NCBI GenBank assembly: GCA_965200245.1 | Contig: CBDATS010000005.1 | Coordinates: 192,001-256,000, forward strand | Direction: 5' to 3' | DNA: 64,000 nucleotides | From: a bacterium | GTDB taxonomy: Bacteria > UBA8248 | Shown: positions 10,452 through 19,183 of the stretch, in pieces | Layout of the letters: each line of letters opens with the position of its first letter | How positions within the stretch are numbered: position 1 is the first letter of the stretch | Program-made: the position numbers and the translations under genes | Notes under the pieces: generated by a model | Seen by the model: only the letters and a program-made list of their open reading frames with translations | What the model was told of the DNA's origin: nothing | Database searches by the model: none

Positions 10452-10707
10452 TCGACGTCCCTCCCTTGAGTAGTATCGTCAACAGTCCAACTTCACGCCA
10501 GAAGATCGACGAAACGGTCAAAAGTACTCGTCGCTCAGAAAACAGGTCACTTCTTCACAGGATAGGACAATGATCACAAGAATCTTCCCAGAAATCAAGC
10601 CGGGCACGCTCACGCGATCCTTCACGTGAACCTGTCTGGCGCTTGTTCCTGGCCGCTTGAATCGCTAAGCTGGCGCTTCGTTTCGTCACGGGCAGGCAGG
10701 GGACATT

Positions 10708-11454
10708 TTGGAATACTCGGCGCATGAACTGTTCGCGGTCGGGATCGCCGCCTTTTTCGTCGGTTTTCTGAAAACCACATTCAGTTCCGGTATCGGCATC
10801 CTGCTCGTCCCGATTATGATCATCTTCTGGCCCACGAGATTCATCATCGGCATCGTGGCCGTTGTAATGTGGGTGACAGATTTTTTCGCCATCCCCATGT
10901 TCTGGAAGCAATGGGAGGGGCGCTTTCTGCGCTTCTTGGTACCGGGTTTCTACATCGGCATCCTGCTCGGCGTCTATGCACTGGTGAACCTGCCCGATTA
11001 CTGGCTGAGAAAGGGTATCGGCCTTGCCTGCGTCATCTTCGCAGGGCTACTCATGTGGAGGGAAACCCGCGGAGATATGGTACCCCCGCGCATCGGCATC
11101 CCTGGAGGAGTGGGAATCGGGATCGGCGGCGGCATCATCAGTGCCATGTTCCACTCGGGAGGCCTCGTCTTGAGTCTTTTCTTCATCAGCCAGGGTCTCT
11201 CCAAGACCGCGGTGGTGGCGAGCATCCTCGGCACGTGGTTCTGGGTGAACCCATTCAAGGTCTCCTCTCTTTGGGTCGGGGGCGTGGTGAAGACGCATAT
11301 GCTCGTGGCGGGCGCCCTCGCCTTCCCCCTGGCGTGGGCCGGAAGCTGGTGCGGCAAGCAGACGCTCCGTAAAATTCCCCAGAAAGGATTCACCTACATT
11401 CTCCTGCTCTTATCCCTCATCACGGCCCTGCGCCTTCTTCTGGAGTCCAACTAA
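10708..11454 (+). CDS. TauE/SafE (sulfite exporter) family membrane protein, copy 1
   Basis: About 250 aa with about 8 TM segments. AAFFVGFLKTTFSSGIG start and KIPQKGFTYILL end are typical of the family. Confidence 0.8.
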   Translation: MEYSAHELFAVGIAAFFVGFLKTTFSSGIGILLVPIMIIFWPTRFIIGIVAVVMWVTDFFAIPMFWKQWEGRFLRFLVPGFYIGILLGVYALVNLPDYWLRKGIGLACVIFAGLLMWRETRGDMVPPRIGIPGGVGIGIGGGIISAMFHSGGLVLSLFFISQGLSKTAVVASILGTWFWVNPFKVSSLWVGGVVKTHMLVAGALAFPLAWAGSWCGKQTLRKIPQKGFTYILLLLSLITALRLLLESN

Positions 11455-11457
11455 GTG

Positions 11458-12204
11458 ATGCCTGACTTCTCTTGGGTCGAGTGGGGCTTCGTTCTCGCAG
11501 CGGCGTTTTGCAGCGGCTTTTTGGTGCGCACGTTCGGGGCGGGTGTGGGGCTGGTGATCACTCCCTTCCTCATCTTCGCTTTCTCGCCCTCTTTTTCACT
11601 GGGCCTCATCGCGCTGTTCAGTTGCTGGTCGAGCCTGGGTGCGGCACCCGATTTCTGGGGAAAATGGAACCTGCGATACGTGCTCATCCTGGCGCCTGGC
11701 ATCCTCATCGGGTTGGCCTGCGGCGTCTGGCTACTCACCTGGCTTCCGGGCGAAGGACTCAAGCTCCTGATCGGAGCCATTTGTTTCTCGCTCGCCTCCT
11801 ATCAGGCACTCATCGAGCTAAGGGGCAAACCCTTCGAGATACCTCCACTTCCTTTATGGCAAGGCGGGGGCTTCGGCGTCATGAGCGGACTTTGCTCCTC
11901 ACTCGCCAACAGCGGGGCCATTTTCCTGACCCCGGTCCTAATCAGCCAGCGACTGGAAAAGCTCACCCTGGTCAGCACGATATGGGCGCTCTACGCGGTG
12001 ATGAACCCCATCAAGGTAGTCGCCTTCTGGCAGGTGTCCGTCGTGAACATGGATACGATATGGGCGAGCGTGCTCGGCCTGCCCGTGTTGTGGTTGGGCA
12101 TCAAGACCGGCGCATGGGTGCAGGCAAAACTGAGCGGGCGCACATTCAACCTGTGCGTACTGAGCATCGCGCTTGGCGGTTCGATACGCCTCATCCTGTT
12201 CTGA
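11458..12204 (+). CDS. TauE/SafE family membrane protein, copy 2
   Basis: AAFCSGFLVRTFGAGVGLV start, NPIKV, KLSGRTFN end. Tandem with copy 1. Confidence 0.8.
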   Translation: MPDFSWVEWGFVLAAAFCSGFLVRTFGAGVGLVITPFLIFAFSPSFSLGLIALFSCWSSLGAAPDFWGKWNLRYVLILAPGILIGLACGVWLLTWLPGEGLKLLIGAICFSLASYQALIELRGKPFEIPPLPLWQGGGFGVMSGLCSSLANSGAIFLTPVLISQRLEKLTLVSTIWALYAVMNPIKVVAFWQVSVVNMDTIWASVLGLPVLWLGIKTGAWVQAKLSGRTFNLCVLSIALGGSIRLILF

Positions 12205-12259
12205 TTCACAGCCTCTCATACTCTCGTGCTAAGATGACGGAAATTCTCGGGGAGTGACC

Positions 12260-13378
12260 ATGATGAGCACAACACCACAAGCTGCGAAAACGCCCCTGCC
12301 AGTCTCGGAAACCAGCCTCGGGATGGTAGATGTCGACATCCACCACATACCCCCTTCGCTCGACGCCCTGCTGCCCTACCTGCCCATCGTCTGGCGAAAC
12401 TACGTGGAGGAAACCGATTATACCAAGCTGCCGAACGCCCCGTATCCCAAGACAGCGGGCGGCGGCGTGCGCAAGGACGCCATTCCGCCGGCTGGCGGAC
12501 CGGCCGGCTCCAGTCTTGAAATGCTGCAAGAGCAGGTGCTGGACGCCTACGGAGCAAGCTACGGGATATTGAACGGTGCATACTACAATGTCTCTTTCAT
12601 GGGCATTCCCGAGTTCGGTGCGGCCCTGGCAAGTGCGCACAACGACTGGACTATCGAGCACTGGCTCGAAAAGGACGAGCGCCTGAGAGGCGCCATCACC
12701 GTCTCGCATCAGGACCCCCGGCACGCCGTGGACGAAATCAAGCGCGTCGGTGAGCGCGCCGACATGGTACAGGTGCTCTTCCCGGCGGGTTCGCACGCCC
12801 CTTACGGCCAGCGAAAATATCACCCAATCTACGCCGCCGCAGAGGACCGCGGACTGCCCATCGGAATCCATTTCGGTGGCACGGGCGCCGGCAACGCACC
12901 GCCACCCACGGCTTCGGGCTGGCCCACCTACTACATCGAGTGGCACACGGCGATGAGCCAGGCCTTCATGACTCACGTGGTGAGTTTCATTTGCGAGGGC
13001 GTGTTCGAGTTTTTCCCCCGCCTCAAGGTCGTGTTGATCGAGGGAGGCCTCTCCTGGCTCCCGGGACTGCTCTGGCGTCTGGACAAGAACTACCGGGGCA
13101 TGCACGCGGAAGTCCCCTGGCTCAAGAAGCTGCCGAGCGAATATTTTTACGAACACTTCCGGGTGACGAGCCAGCCCATCGAGGAACCCGACAGGGATGA
13201 ACACCTGCTTCAAATATTCGATATGGTACACGCCGACAGGATTCTTCTATTCGCCACCGATTACCCCCACTGGGATTTCGACTCCCCCGTCCACGCCCTC
13301 CCGAGCCGTGTGGCCCCCGACCTTCGCGCGCGCATCATGCGCGACAACGCGATGGAGTTGTACGGGTTTGGGGGTTAG
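12260..13378 (+). CDS. amidohydrolase family protein (Amidohydro_2 type)
   Basis: DVDIH, IHFGG, IEGG and [11 protein letters not shown] motifs. Confidence 0.88.
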   Translation: MMSTTPQAAKTPLPVSETSLGMVDVDIHHIPPSLDALLPYLPIVWRNYVEETDYTKLPNAPYPKTAGGGVRKDAIPPAGGPAGSSLEMLQEQVLDAYGASYGILNGAYYNVSFMGIPEFGAALASAHNDWTIEHWLEKDERLRGAITVSHQDPRHAVDEIKRVGERADMVQVLFPAGSHAPYGQRKYHPIYAAAEDRGLPIGIHFGGTGAGNAPPPTASGWPTYYIEWHTAMSQAFMTHVVSFICEGVFEFFPRLKVVLIEGGLSWLPGLLWRLDKNYRGMHAEVPWLKKLPSEYFYEHFRVTSQPIEEPDRDEHLLQIFDMVHADRILLFATDYPHWDFDSPVHALPSRVAPDLRARIMRDNAMELYGFGG

Positions 13379-13480
13379 GTGGGATTTTGACTGGGGTCGG
13401 TGCGTGAAATATATTGCGGGGCAATATGTGTGCTCGCAACTCCGTTCTCGATCTCTGAAAAGTCTCCAAGGGAGGTTTTC

Positions 13481-14887
13481 ATGACGGATAGAACCAACGA
13501 AAAACCACTCGACCTGCTCGTTACTGGCGGCACGGTCGTGACTGGCCACGGCAGGCAAGAGGCTTCACTCGGTGTCCGGGACGGGAGGATCGCCTGCGTA
13601 GGCGCGCCAGAATGCATGCCCGCAGCCGGCGAAGTTCTGGACGTATCGGGCAAACTCGTTCTTCCAGGCGTCATCGACCCCCACGTCCATTTCCGGGCGT
13701 ATTCCAGCCACATCGATTCCCTCGCCGACGTTGCTCGCAGCGCCGCGCACGGGGGAGTCACGACCATGATCGCCTTCGCCACAGGCGAGGAGAACGAGAC
13801 CATGCTCACCACGCTGCGGCGCATCCGTGAGGAAGGTGAAGCACAGAGCGTGGTTGACTTCTCGCTGCACGCCTGGATATTCGAGGACTTCGACTACCTC
13901 GCAGAAATTCCCAAGGCCATCGAGGGCGGCGTCACGAGCTTCAAGGTCATGATGGGCTACCGGAAGCGGGGCCGCGGCCGCTGCATTCCGGACGATTACT
14001 TCTACGCCGCTCTCGATATCGTGGGACGACACGGCGGCATGGTGCTCGTACACGCAGAAAACGGTCTGGTAATCGACTATCTGGAAAACAAGGTCCTGGA
14101 CGTAAAAATGGACGGCGCTGATTTTCTGGATTCTTCGCGCCCGCCCGAACTGGAAGCCGAATCTGTTGCGAAATCGATTCGTCTGGCCGAGCTGGCCGGT
14201 TGTCCGCTCTATATCGTTCACTTGACGGCGGAGCTGGCGCTCGATGAAGCACGGCGTGGGCTGGCGGCCGGCAGGGACATTGTCGTGGAAACCTGCCCGC
14301 AGTACCTGACCCGAACCGGGGAGGCCGTGCGGGAGATGGGCGCCTTGGCCAAGGTTGCGCCTCCGCTACGGACGGAAGCAGATGTCTCGGCACTTTGGCA
14401 AGGCATAGAAGAGGGATGGATCCACCTCATCGGGAGCGATCATGCACCCTACACAAAGGCACAGAAAACCGATCCGCCCTTTATAGAAGCTCCCTTCGGG
14501 GCTCCCGGCATCGAGACCCTGCTCCCCGTTATCTACAGCGAGGGCGTGGCGCGAGGAAGAATCTCGGAAGAGCGTCTTGTGCAACTCACAAGCGAGAATC
14601 CGGCGCGCGCCCTAGGCCTCTACCCGCAAAAAGGCACACTTCAAGTCGGATCGGACGCCGACCTCGTCGTGATCGACCCTGAAGGAAGTTCAACCTTGAC
14701 GGCGGTGGGACAGCACACGAATTCTGATTACACGCTGTTTGAGGGATGGGAACTGAGTGGCAAGATCGAACTCAGCCTCCTGCGCGGGAAACCACTCCTA
14801 AAAGACGGGGCACTCTTGCAGGAGCCGGGCTACGGCCAGTTCGTCCCGCGCGCCGCATCCGGTAGATCGGAGATAGCTTCGCCCTAG
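13481..14887 (+). CDS. cyclic amidohydrolase (dihydropyrimidinase/allantoinase/dihydroorotase family)
   Basis: PGVIDPHVH, SFK, HAEN, VHLT, ETCPQYL and GSDHAP motifs. GGAGG RBS before ATG 13481. Confidence 0.9.
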   Translation: MTDRTNEKPLDLLVTGGTVVTGHGRQEASLGVRDGRIACVGAPECMPAAGEVLDVSGKLVLPGVIDPHVHFRAYSSHIDSLADVARSAAHGGVTTMIAFATGEENETMLTTLRRIREEGEAQSVVDFSLHAWIFEDFDYLAEIPKAIEGGVTSFKVMMGYRKRGRGRCIPDDYFYAALDIVGRHGGMVLVHAENGLVIDYLENKVLDVKMDGADFLDSSRPPELEAESVAKSIRLAELAGCPLYIVHLTAELALDEARRGLAAGRDIVVETCPQYLTRTGEAVREMGALAKVAPPLRTEADVSALWQGIEEGWIHLIGSDHAPYTKAQKTDPPFIEAPFGAPGIETLLPVIYSEGVARGRISEERLVQLTSENPARALGLYPQKGTLQVGSDADLVVIDPEGSSTLTAVGQHTNSDYTLFEGWELSGKIELSLLRGKPLLKDGALLQEPGYGQFVPRAASGRSEIASP

Positions 14888-15714
14888 AAATCGCCACCCT
14901 GGCGAGTTTCCATCATTCAGCCGGCAGGCTGATCCTGACGAATACGAATACTTCCCTCGCCTAGTGTGTTTTCCTAGCCACCCTTTTCGAAAAAGCGCCC
15001 AAGCCAGATGGTCACATCGGCAGCAACGTCTGCAAGTCACGCCCCATAGGCGATAAGGAACACAAAGAAGTTTGTGAGCTTTCCGTCGAACCTTCGAGAC
15101 TTGTTACATCAGGAGGGAATTCCTCCCTTCCTCCTTGCGAACAGTCAACTTTACCCTACAGTTCTCAAACTCCATTTTTTCCGGTCGCGCTTTCCATCCT
15201 GTCCATGATAACGATGTAAAAAGACAAGGCAAGAGCAGTCGCAACCCATTCCATCCGGACGTTCTATAGCTTCCCTTCATGGGTCAAGCCTGAATTTTGC
15301 TGGATGATTTTTGGCAGGTGAATCCGCTTCTTTGACAAGTAGTATTGACGTTTTGAAAACTCATATTTGTCAGAAAACATGGAAATTGACCGGTTAAGAA
15401 GCTATTGGGAATGATTTGAAACTCAGCCAGAGTGTACCCATGTCATCATCGCCCCAGAGTTCAACCTAGGCAGTATAGGCTCCGTTCTAACACTCTGCTC
15501 CATTCCCTGTGTTTTCCTGCCCGTTGTAGCGCGTTCACAAGCCGGGAACTCTGGGGGAATATAACCTTCGTCGCAACTTGGCGTCGAAGGTTTGCACACC
15601 GGGTGATGGGCAGACATGTTGCCTACCCACACGCAGGCTCTGACTGTACTCAACTGGCATGCCTCGCGAGTAAATCGTCTTGCAGCGCTGCTCAGGTAGA
15701 GAAGGAATTGATTC

Positions 15715-17178
15715 TCAAGTTTCGCTGATTGACTCGAAGCTACTCAGTGCGGAGCGAAGGTTCTCCACGATCTCAGCCGCGAGTACATCCGGCTCGGGCA
15801 AGTTGTCCAGATCGGTCACGGAAGCGTCCTTGAGCCAGAACACGTCCAAGCTGGCATTGTCTCTCCGAAGAAGGTCTTCGCGCGAGTAGGCGCGCCACCG
15901 TCCGTCCGGGGTGCCTTCGCTCCAGCTTTCCTTGCGGACATGGCGGTTCTCCGGATTGTAACGAGCGACAAAATCCTCAAGATGCGCATAGGTCAGCGGC
16001 TTCTGCTTGAGTGTGTGATGCACGTTGGCGCGGTAGTCGTAGTACCAGACCTTAGAAGTCTGCGGGTCGGGACTGGCTGGCCGGTTGTCGAGAAAGATGA
16101 CGTTCGCCTTGACGCCCTGGGCGTAGAAAACACCCGTCGGCAGCCGCAGGATCGTGTGCAGGTTGGTGGCGTGAAGCAGTTTCCGGCGAACGGTCTCGCC
16201 CGCGCCGCCCTCGAACAGTACATTGTCCGGCACCACGACGGCCGCGCGGCCGGTCGTCTTCAACATAGTCCGGATATGCTGGACGAAGTTCAGTTGCTTG
16301 TTCGACGTCGTCGCCCAGAAGTCCTGCCGGTTGTAGGTCAGGTCGTCGGTTTTCTGTTCGCCGTCGGCATTAGTGAAGCTCATCGAACTCTTCTTGCCGA
16401 ACGGCGGATTGGCGAAGACATAGTCGAACGTATTCGACGGAGGGAAGAGCAGGGCGTCGGCGGGCGAAATCGCCGCCTCTCCGGTCATCTCCTCGATCCC
16501 GTGCAGAAACATGTTCATCAGGCAGAGACGACGCGTCCCCGGCACTATCTCGTTGCCATGGAACGTCGCATACTTCAGGAACATCTTCTGTTCCTTGTCG
16601 AGCGCGTAATTCTGCAGGAAGTTGTGGGCGGCGAGGAAGAACCCGCCCGTTCCGCAGGCTGGGTCGGCTATGGTTTTGTCCGGTTGCGGACGCACGCACG
16701 CCACCATCGCACGGATCAGGGCCCGGGGCGTGAAATACTGGCCAGCACCGGATTTGGTGTCCTCGGCGTTCCGCTCCAGCAGTTCTTCGTAGATGTCTCC
16801 CTTTACATCTGCCCCGAGCACTACCCACTCGGTGCCGTCCACCATGTCGATCAGGCGGAAGAGCTTGGCCGGATCGGTGAGCTTGTTCTGTGCCTTGGCA
16901 AATATCTGTCCCAGCATGCCTGTTTGCTCCCCAAGCCTGCGGAGAAGCATGACGTAGTGTGCTTCGAGATCCGCGCCACGGCGGGTGGTGAGGCTGGTCC
17001 AGTCATAGCCTTCGGGGATTCCCACATCGCGGTTGTAGGGTGGCCGGGCGTATTCATCAGCCATCTTGAGAAAGATCAGGTAGGTCAGCTGCTCAAGGTA
17101 GTCGCCGTATCCAACACCGTCGTCACGCAACGTGGTGCAGAAACTCCAGACCTTCGAGACGATGGGAGCAGTGTTCAT
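15715..17178 (-). CDS. hsdM: type I restriction-modification methyltransferase subunit
   Basis: GQYFTPR, DPACGTGGF (SAM binding) and ANPPF (N6-MTase) motifs. Confidence 0.95.
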   Translation of the reverse strand: MNTAPIVSKVWSFCTTLRDDGVGYGDYLEQLTYLIFLKMADEYARPPYNRDVGIPEGYDWTSLTTRRGADLEAHYVMLLRRLGEQTGMLGQIFAKAQNKLTDPAKLFRLIDMVDGTEWVVLGADVKGDIYEELLERNAEDTKSGAGQYFTPRALIRAMVACVRPQPDKTIADPACGTGGFFLAAHNFLQNYALDKEQKMFLKYATFHGNEIVPGTRRLCLMNMFLHGIEEMTGEAAISPADALLFPPSNTFDYVFANPPFGKKSSMSFTNADGEQKTDDLTYNRQDFWATTSNKQLNFVQHIRTMLKTTGRAAVVVPDNVLFEGGAGETVRRKLLHATNLHTILRLPTGVFYAQGVKANVIFLDNRPASPDPQTSKVWYYDYRANVHHTLKQKPLTYAHLEDFVARYNPENRHVRKESWSEGTPDGRWRAYSREDLLRRDNASLDVFWLKDASVTDLDNLPEPDVLAAEIVENLRSALSSFESISET

Positions 17179-17636
17179 CGCTTGATCTCATGTATGAGCA
17201 GTTTGCCGCCGATGCTGTCTAGTTCCCAACACTCCACATCCAGCGGGATCATATGGACTTGCGTTCTAATGAAGTAAGTCAGCAGGCTTTCATTCCGACC
17301 GGGCCGCATGCTTTTTTCGACAAGGAATATCTTCCTGTATTCCTCCGGTGCCATATGAAAATAGAACATGGCTTCGGCCCAGTTCTTCAACTTGGCGCTA
17401 GGCACGTTCCCGCCAGAAGTCCAGGTATGCGACTTGCACTCGACGATCACTTTGGGGTTTTCGGATCCGAGGTCGAAGGAATGATCCTTTTTCTCAACAC
17501 CTAACCCACACGAAACCTTATGTTTGGGATGCAGCCTTAGTCCGCGATTGGCGAACAGGGCCTTCTGCGCCCGTTCCTCGAATGCTCGACCGACATGAAA
17601 GTTGCTGGTCGCTCCGTCTCTTTGAAAATTGTTCAT
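17175..17636 (-). CDS. hypothetical protein with PD-(D/E)xK nuclease-like motif inside the type I R-M operon
   Basis: GRAFEE...HSFDLG...IVECKS. ATGA overlaps with both hsdS and hsdM. Confidence 0.75.
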   Translation of the reverse strand: MNNFQRDGATSNFHVGRAFEERAQKALFANRGLRLHPKHKVSCGLGVEKKDHSFDLGSENPKVIVECKSHTWTSGGNVPSAKLKNWAEAMFYFHMAPEEYRKIFLVEKSMRPGRNESLLTYFIRTQVHMIPLDVECWELDSIGGKLLIHEIKR

Positions 17637-19183
17637 GTTTTCCTCCGTTTGCTGTTCCGTCTTGCTGGCACCTCGGCGCGTTCTGACCCGATCCTCGCTA
17701 GTAAGGTGGATGCGGGTTCGTCGGCCGGATACTGGGGGGCGAGTTGCCCAGCAAACGCCTTCTTCAGGATGGATTGGCGAAGGGTGACAGCACAGTCGAG
17801 GGCGGCATCAATTTCTTCGTTCAGCTTATCTGCAACCTCAAGGCGGGCGTCTAGAATCCGGACAATTTCGGCCTGTTCGGCAGGGGAGCAGATCGGAAAT
17901 GAGAGCGGTTCAACATTATTGTTGTTAATTTGAGGGACGTTGGAGCCATTGTATATGGTAGCAAGGTCCAAGCCGAGTACCCAGAACCAAGGAAAGTCCT
18001 GCAATATAGTTTCTGTGTTATTGGCGAGGCCCATCGTGTTGGTATCGAGACAAGAGGTTTGTTTCAGTCGTCGCTTCTTATTCGTCAATATTGCACCGCC
18101 TCTTCTGGGAAATACCGTGGTATTGGCCGGGAAAACCGTCAGACCATACTTCCGGACCTCATCCATCGATAAATTCAGAGATGCTTTAGCGAGAAACCTG
18201 TTGTTTCCCTCCACATTCATGTCGGAGATCTTAAAAAAAGGGACCTCAGTCCCTCTGCAAGATTCGATACCTTTGGGGGTTGATCCGCTAAAGATGTCCA
18301 TAACCGCAACAAGCTTCACATCTACCCATTCCTTTGGAAGCTCGGAATGCGAGATGACGCTGATGAGTGGCTGGGTGGTCTCTAACTTGGGTTCCTTTGG
18401 CTTTGTAGGTTTCCTGCCGTTCTCACCACCCTTCTTCCATTCGGCAAGGTCTTGCTCCCATCCCCTGAGAGCTGACTGGTATTGCTTGTCCCGTTCCTCT
18501 CGAATACGGGCAAGAAGGGTCTCGGGGCTCTCGATCTTGTCGGGGTTCTCTGCCCTCCACGCGGCAGTGAGGCGACCTTCGAAGGCGGCCTTGAGGAGTG
18601 ATTTACAATAAAGCCCAATCGCTCTTTTTGCAGCGCGAAGGCTTTCGACGCCCTTGTCGATCCCCTCGAACAGCGCCTCAATTCTCTCGACAATGCGGCG
18701 TTGCTCGTTGGCAGGGGCAATCGGAACCGGCAATGCACCGAAAGCAGCACCTGAGAGCTCTTTGAATGTTGTCCCTGTCGCACGCTCTTCAGCAATGTGC
18801 TTCGCAGCCTTGAGGTAGTAGTAGACATACTCGTTGAACAATTCCGAATGTGGAACAATGGACTTGAACCCTTGATTTGTGGCTGCCGGTTTGGAGTTGA
18901 TGACGACGTAACCAACCGGTGCGCGCGATGAAAACATGACGCTACCGGCAGGCATGACCCTTGCAGACGATTTTATGAGCCCCTTGTCTGTTAGCGTTTT
19001 TGCCCCTCGGGCGATGAATTTTGGTTTGTACCCAGCAAGGTCCGATGGTGCGAACCAGATAACATTTCCGCCCCAATATTCGGAAACCTTTGTTGAAGGG
19101 GTCCCTCCTGACACCACATCACCTAACTCCTTGATGACTGTCCATTCCCACGACGACGGGACATTCCAAAGGTGCTCCGTCAT
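17633..19183 (-). CDS. hsdS: type I restriction-modification specificity subunit
   Basis: VPSSWEW/LPKEWV, SGGTP/SGSTP, two TRDs, PANEQRRIV/PAEQAEIV conserved helices, QSILKKAFAG. Confidence 0.93.
   Translation of the reverse strand: MTEHLWNVPSSWEWTVIKELGDVVSGGTPSTKVSEYWGGNVIWFAPSDLAGYKPKFIARGAKTLTDKGLIKSSARVMPAGSVMFSSRAPVGYVVINSKPAATNQGFKSIVPHSELFNEYVYYYLKAAKHIAEERATGTTFKELSGAAFGALPVPIAPANEQRRIVERIEALFEGIDKGVESLRAAKRAIGLYCKSLLKAAFEGRLTAAWRAENPDKIESPETLLARIREERDKQYQSALRGWEQDLAEWKKGGENGRKPTKPKEPKLETTQPLISVISHSELPKEWVDVKLVAVMDIFSGSTPKGIESCRGTEVPFFKISDMNVEGNNRFLAKASLNLSMDEVRKYGLTVFPANTTVFPRRGGAILTNKKRRLKQTSCLDTNTMGLANNTETILQDFPWFWVLGLDLATIYNGSNVPQINNNNVEPLSFPICSPAEQAEIVRILDARLEVADKLNEEIDAALDCAVTLRQSILKKAFAGQLAPQYPADEPASTLLARIGSERAEVPARRNSKRRKT

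Noticed and set aside
15075-15130. Hammerhead-like CTGATG...GAAA on the minus strand
   Set aside because: The core reads CTGATGT rather than CTGANGA, and the flanking stems do not form.
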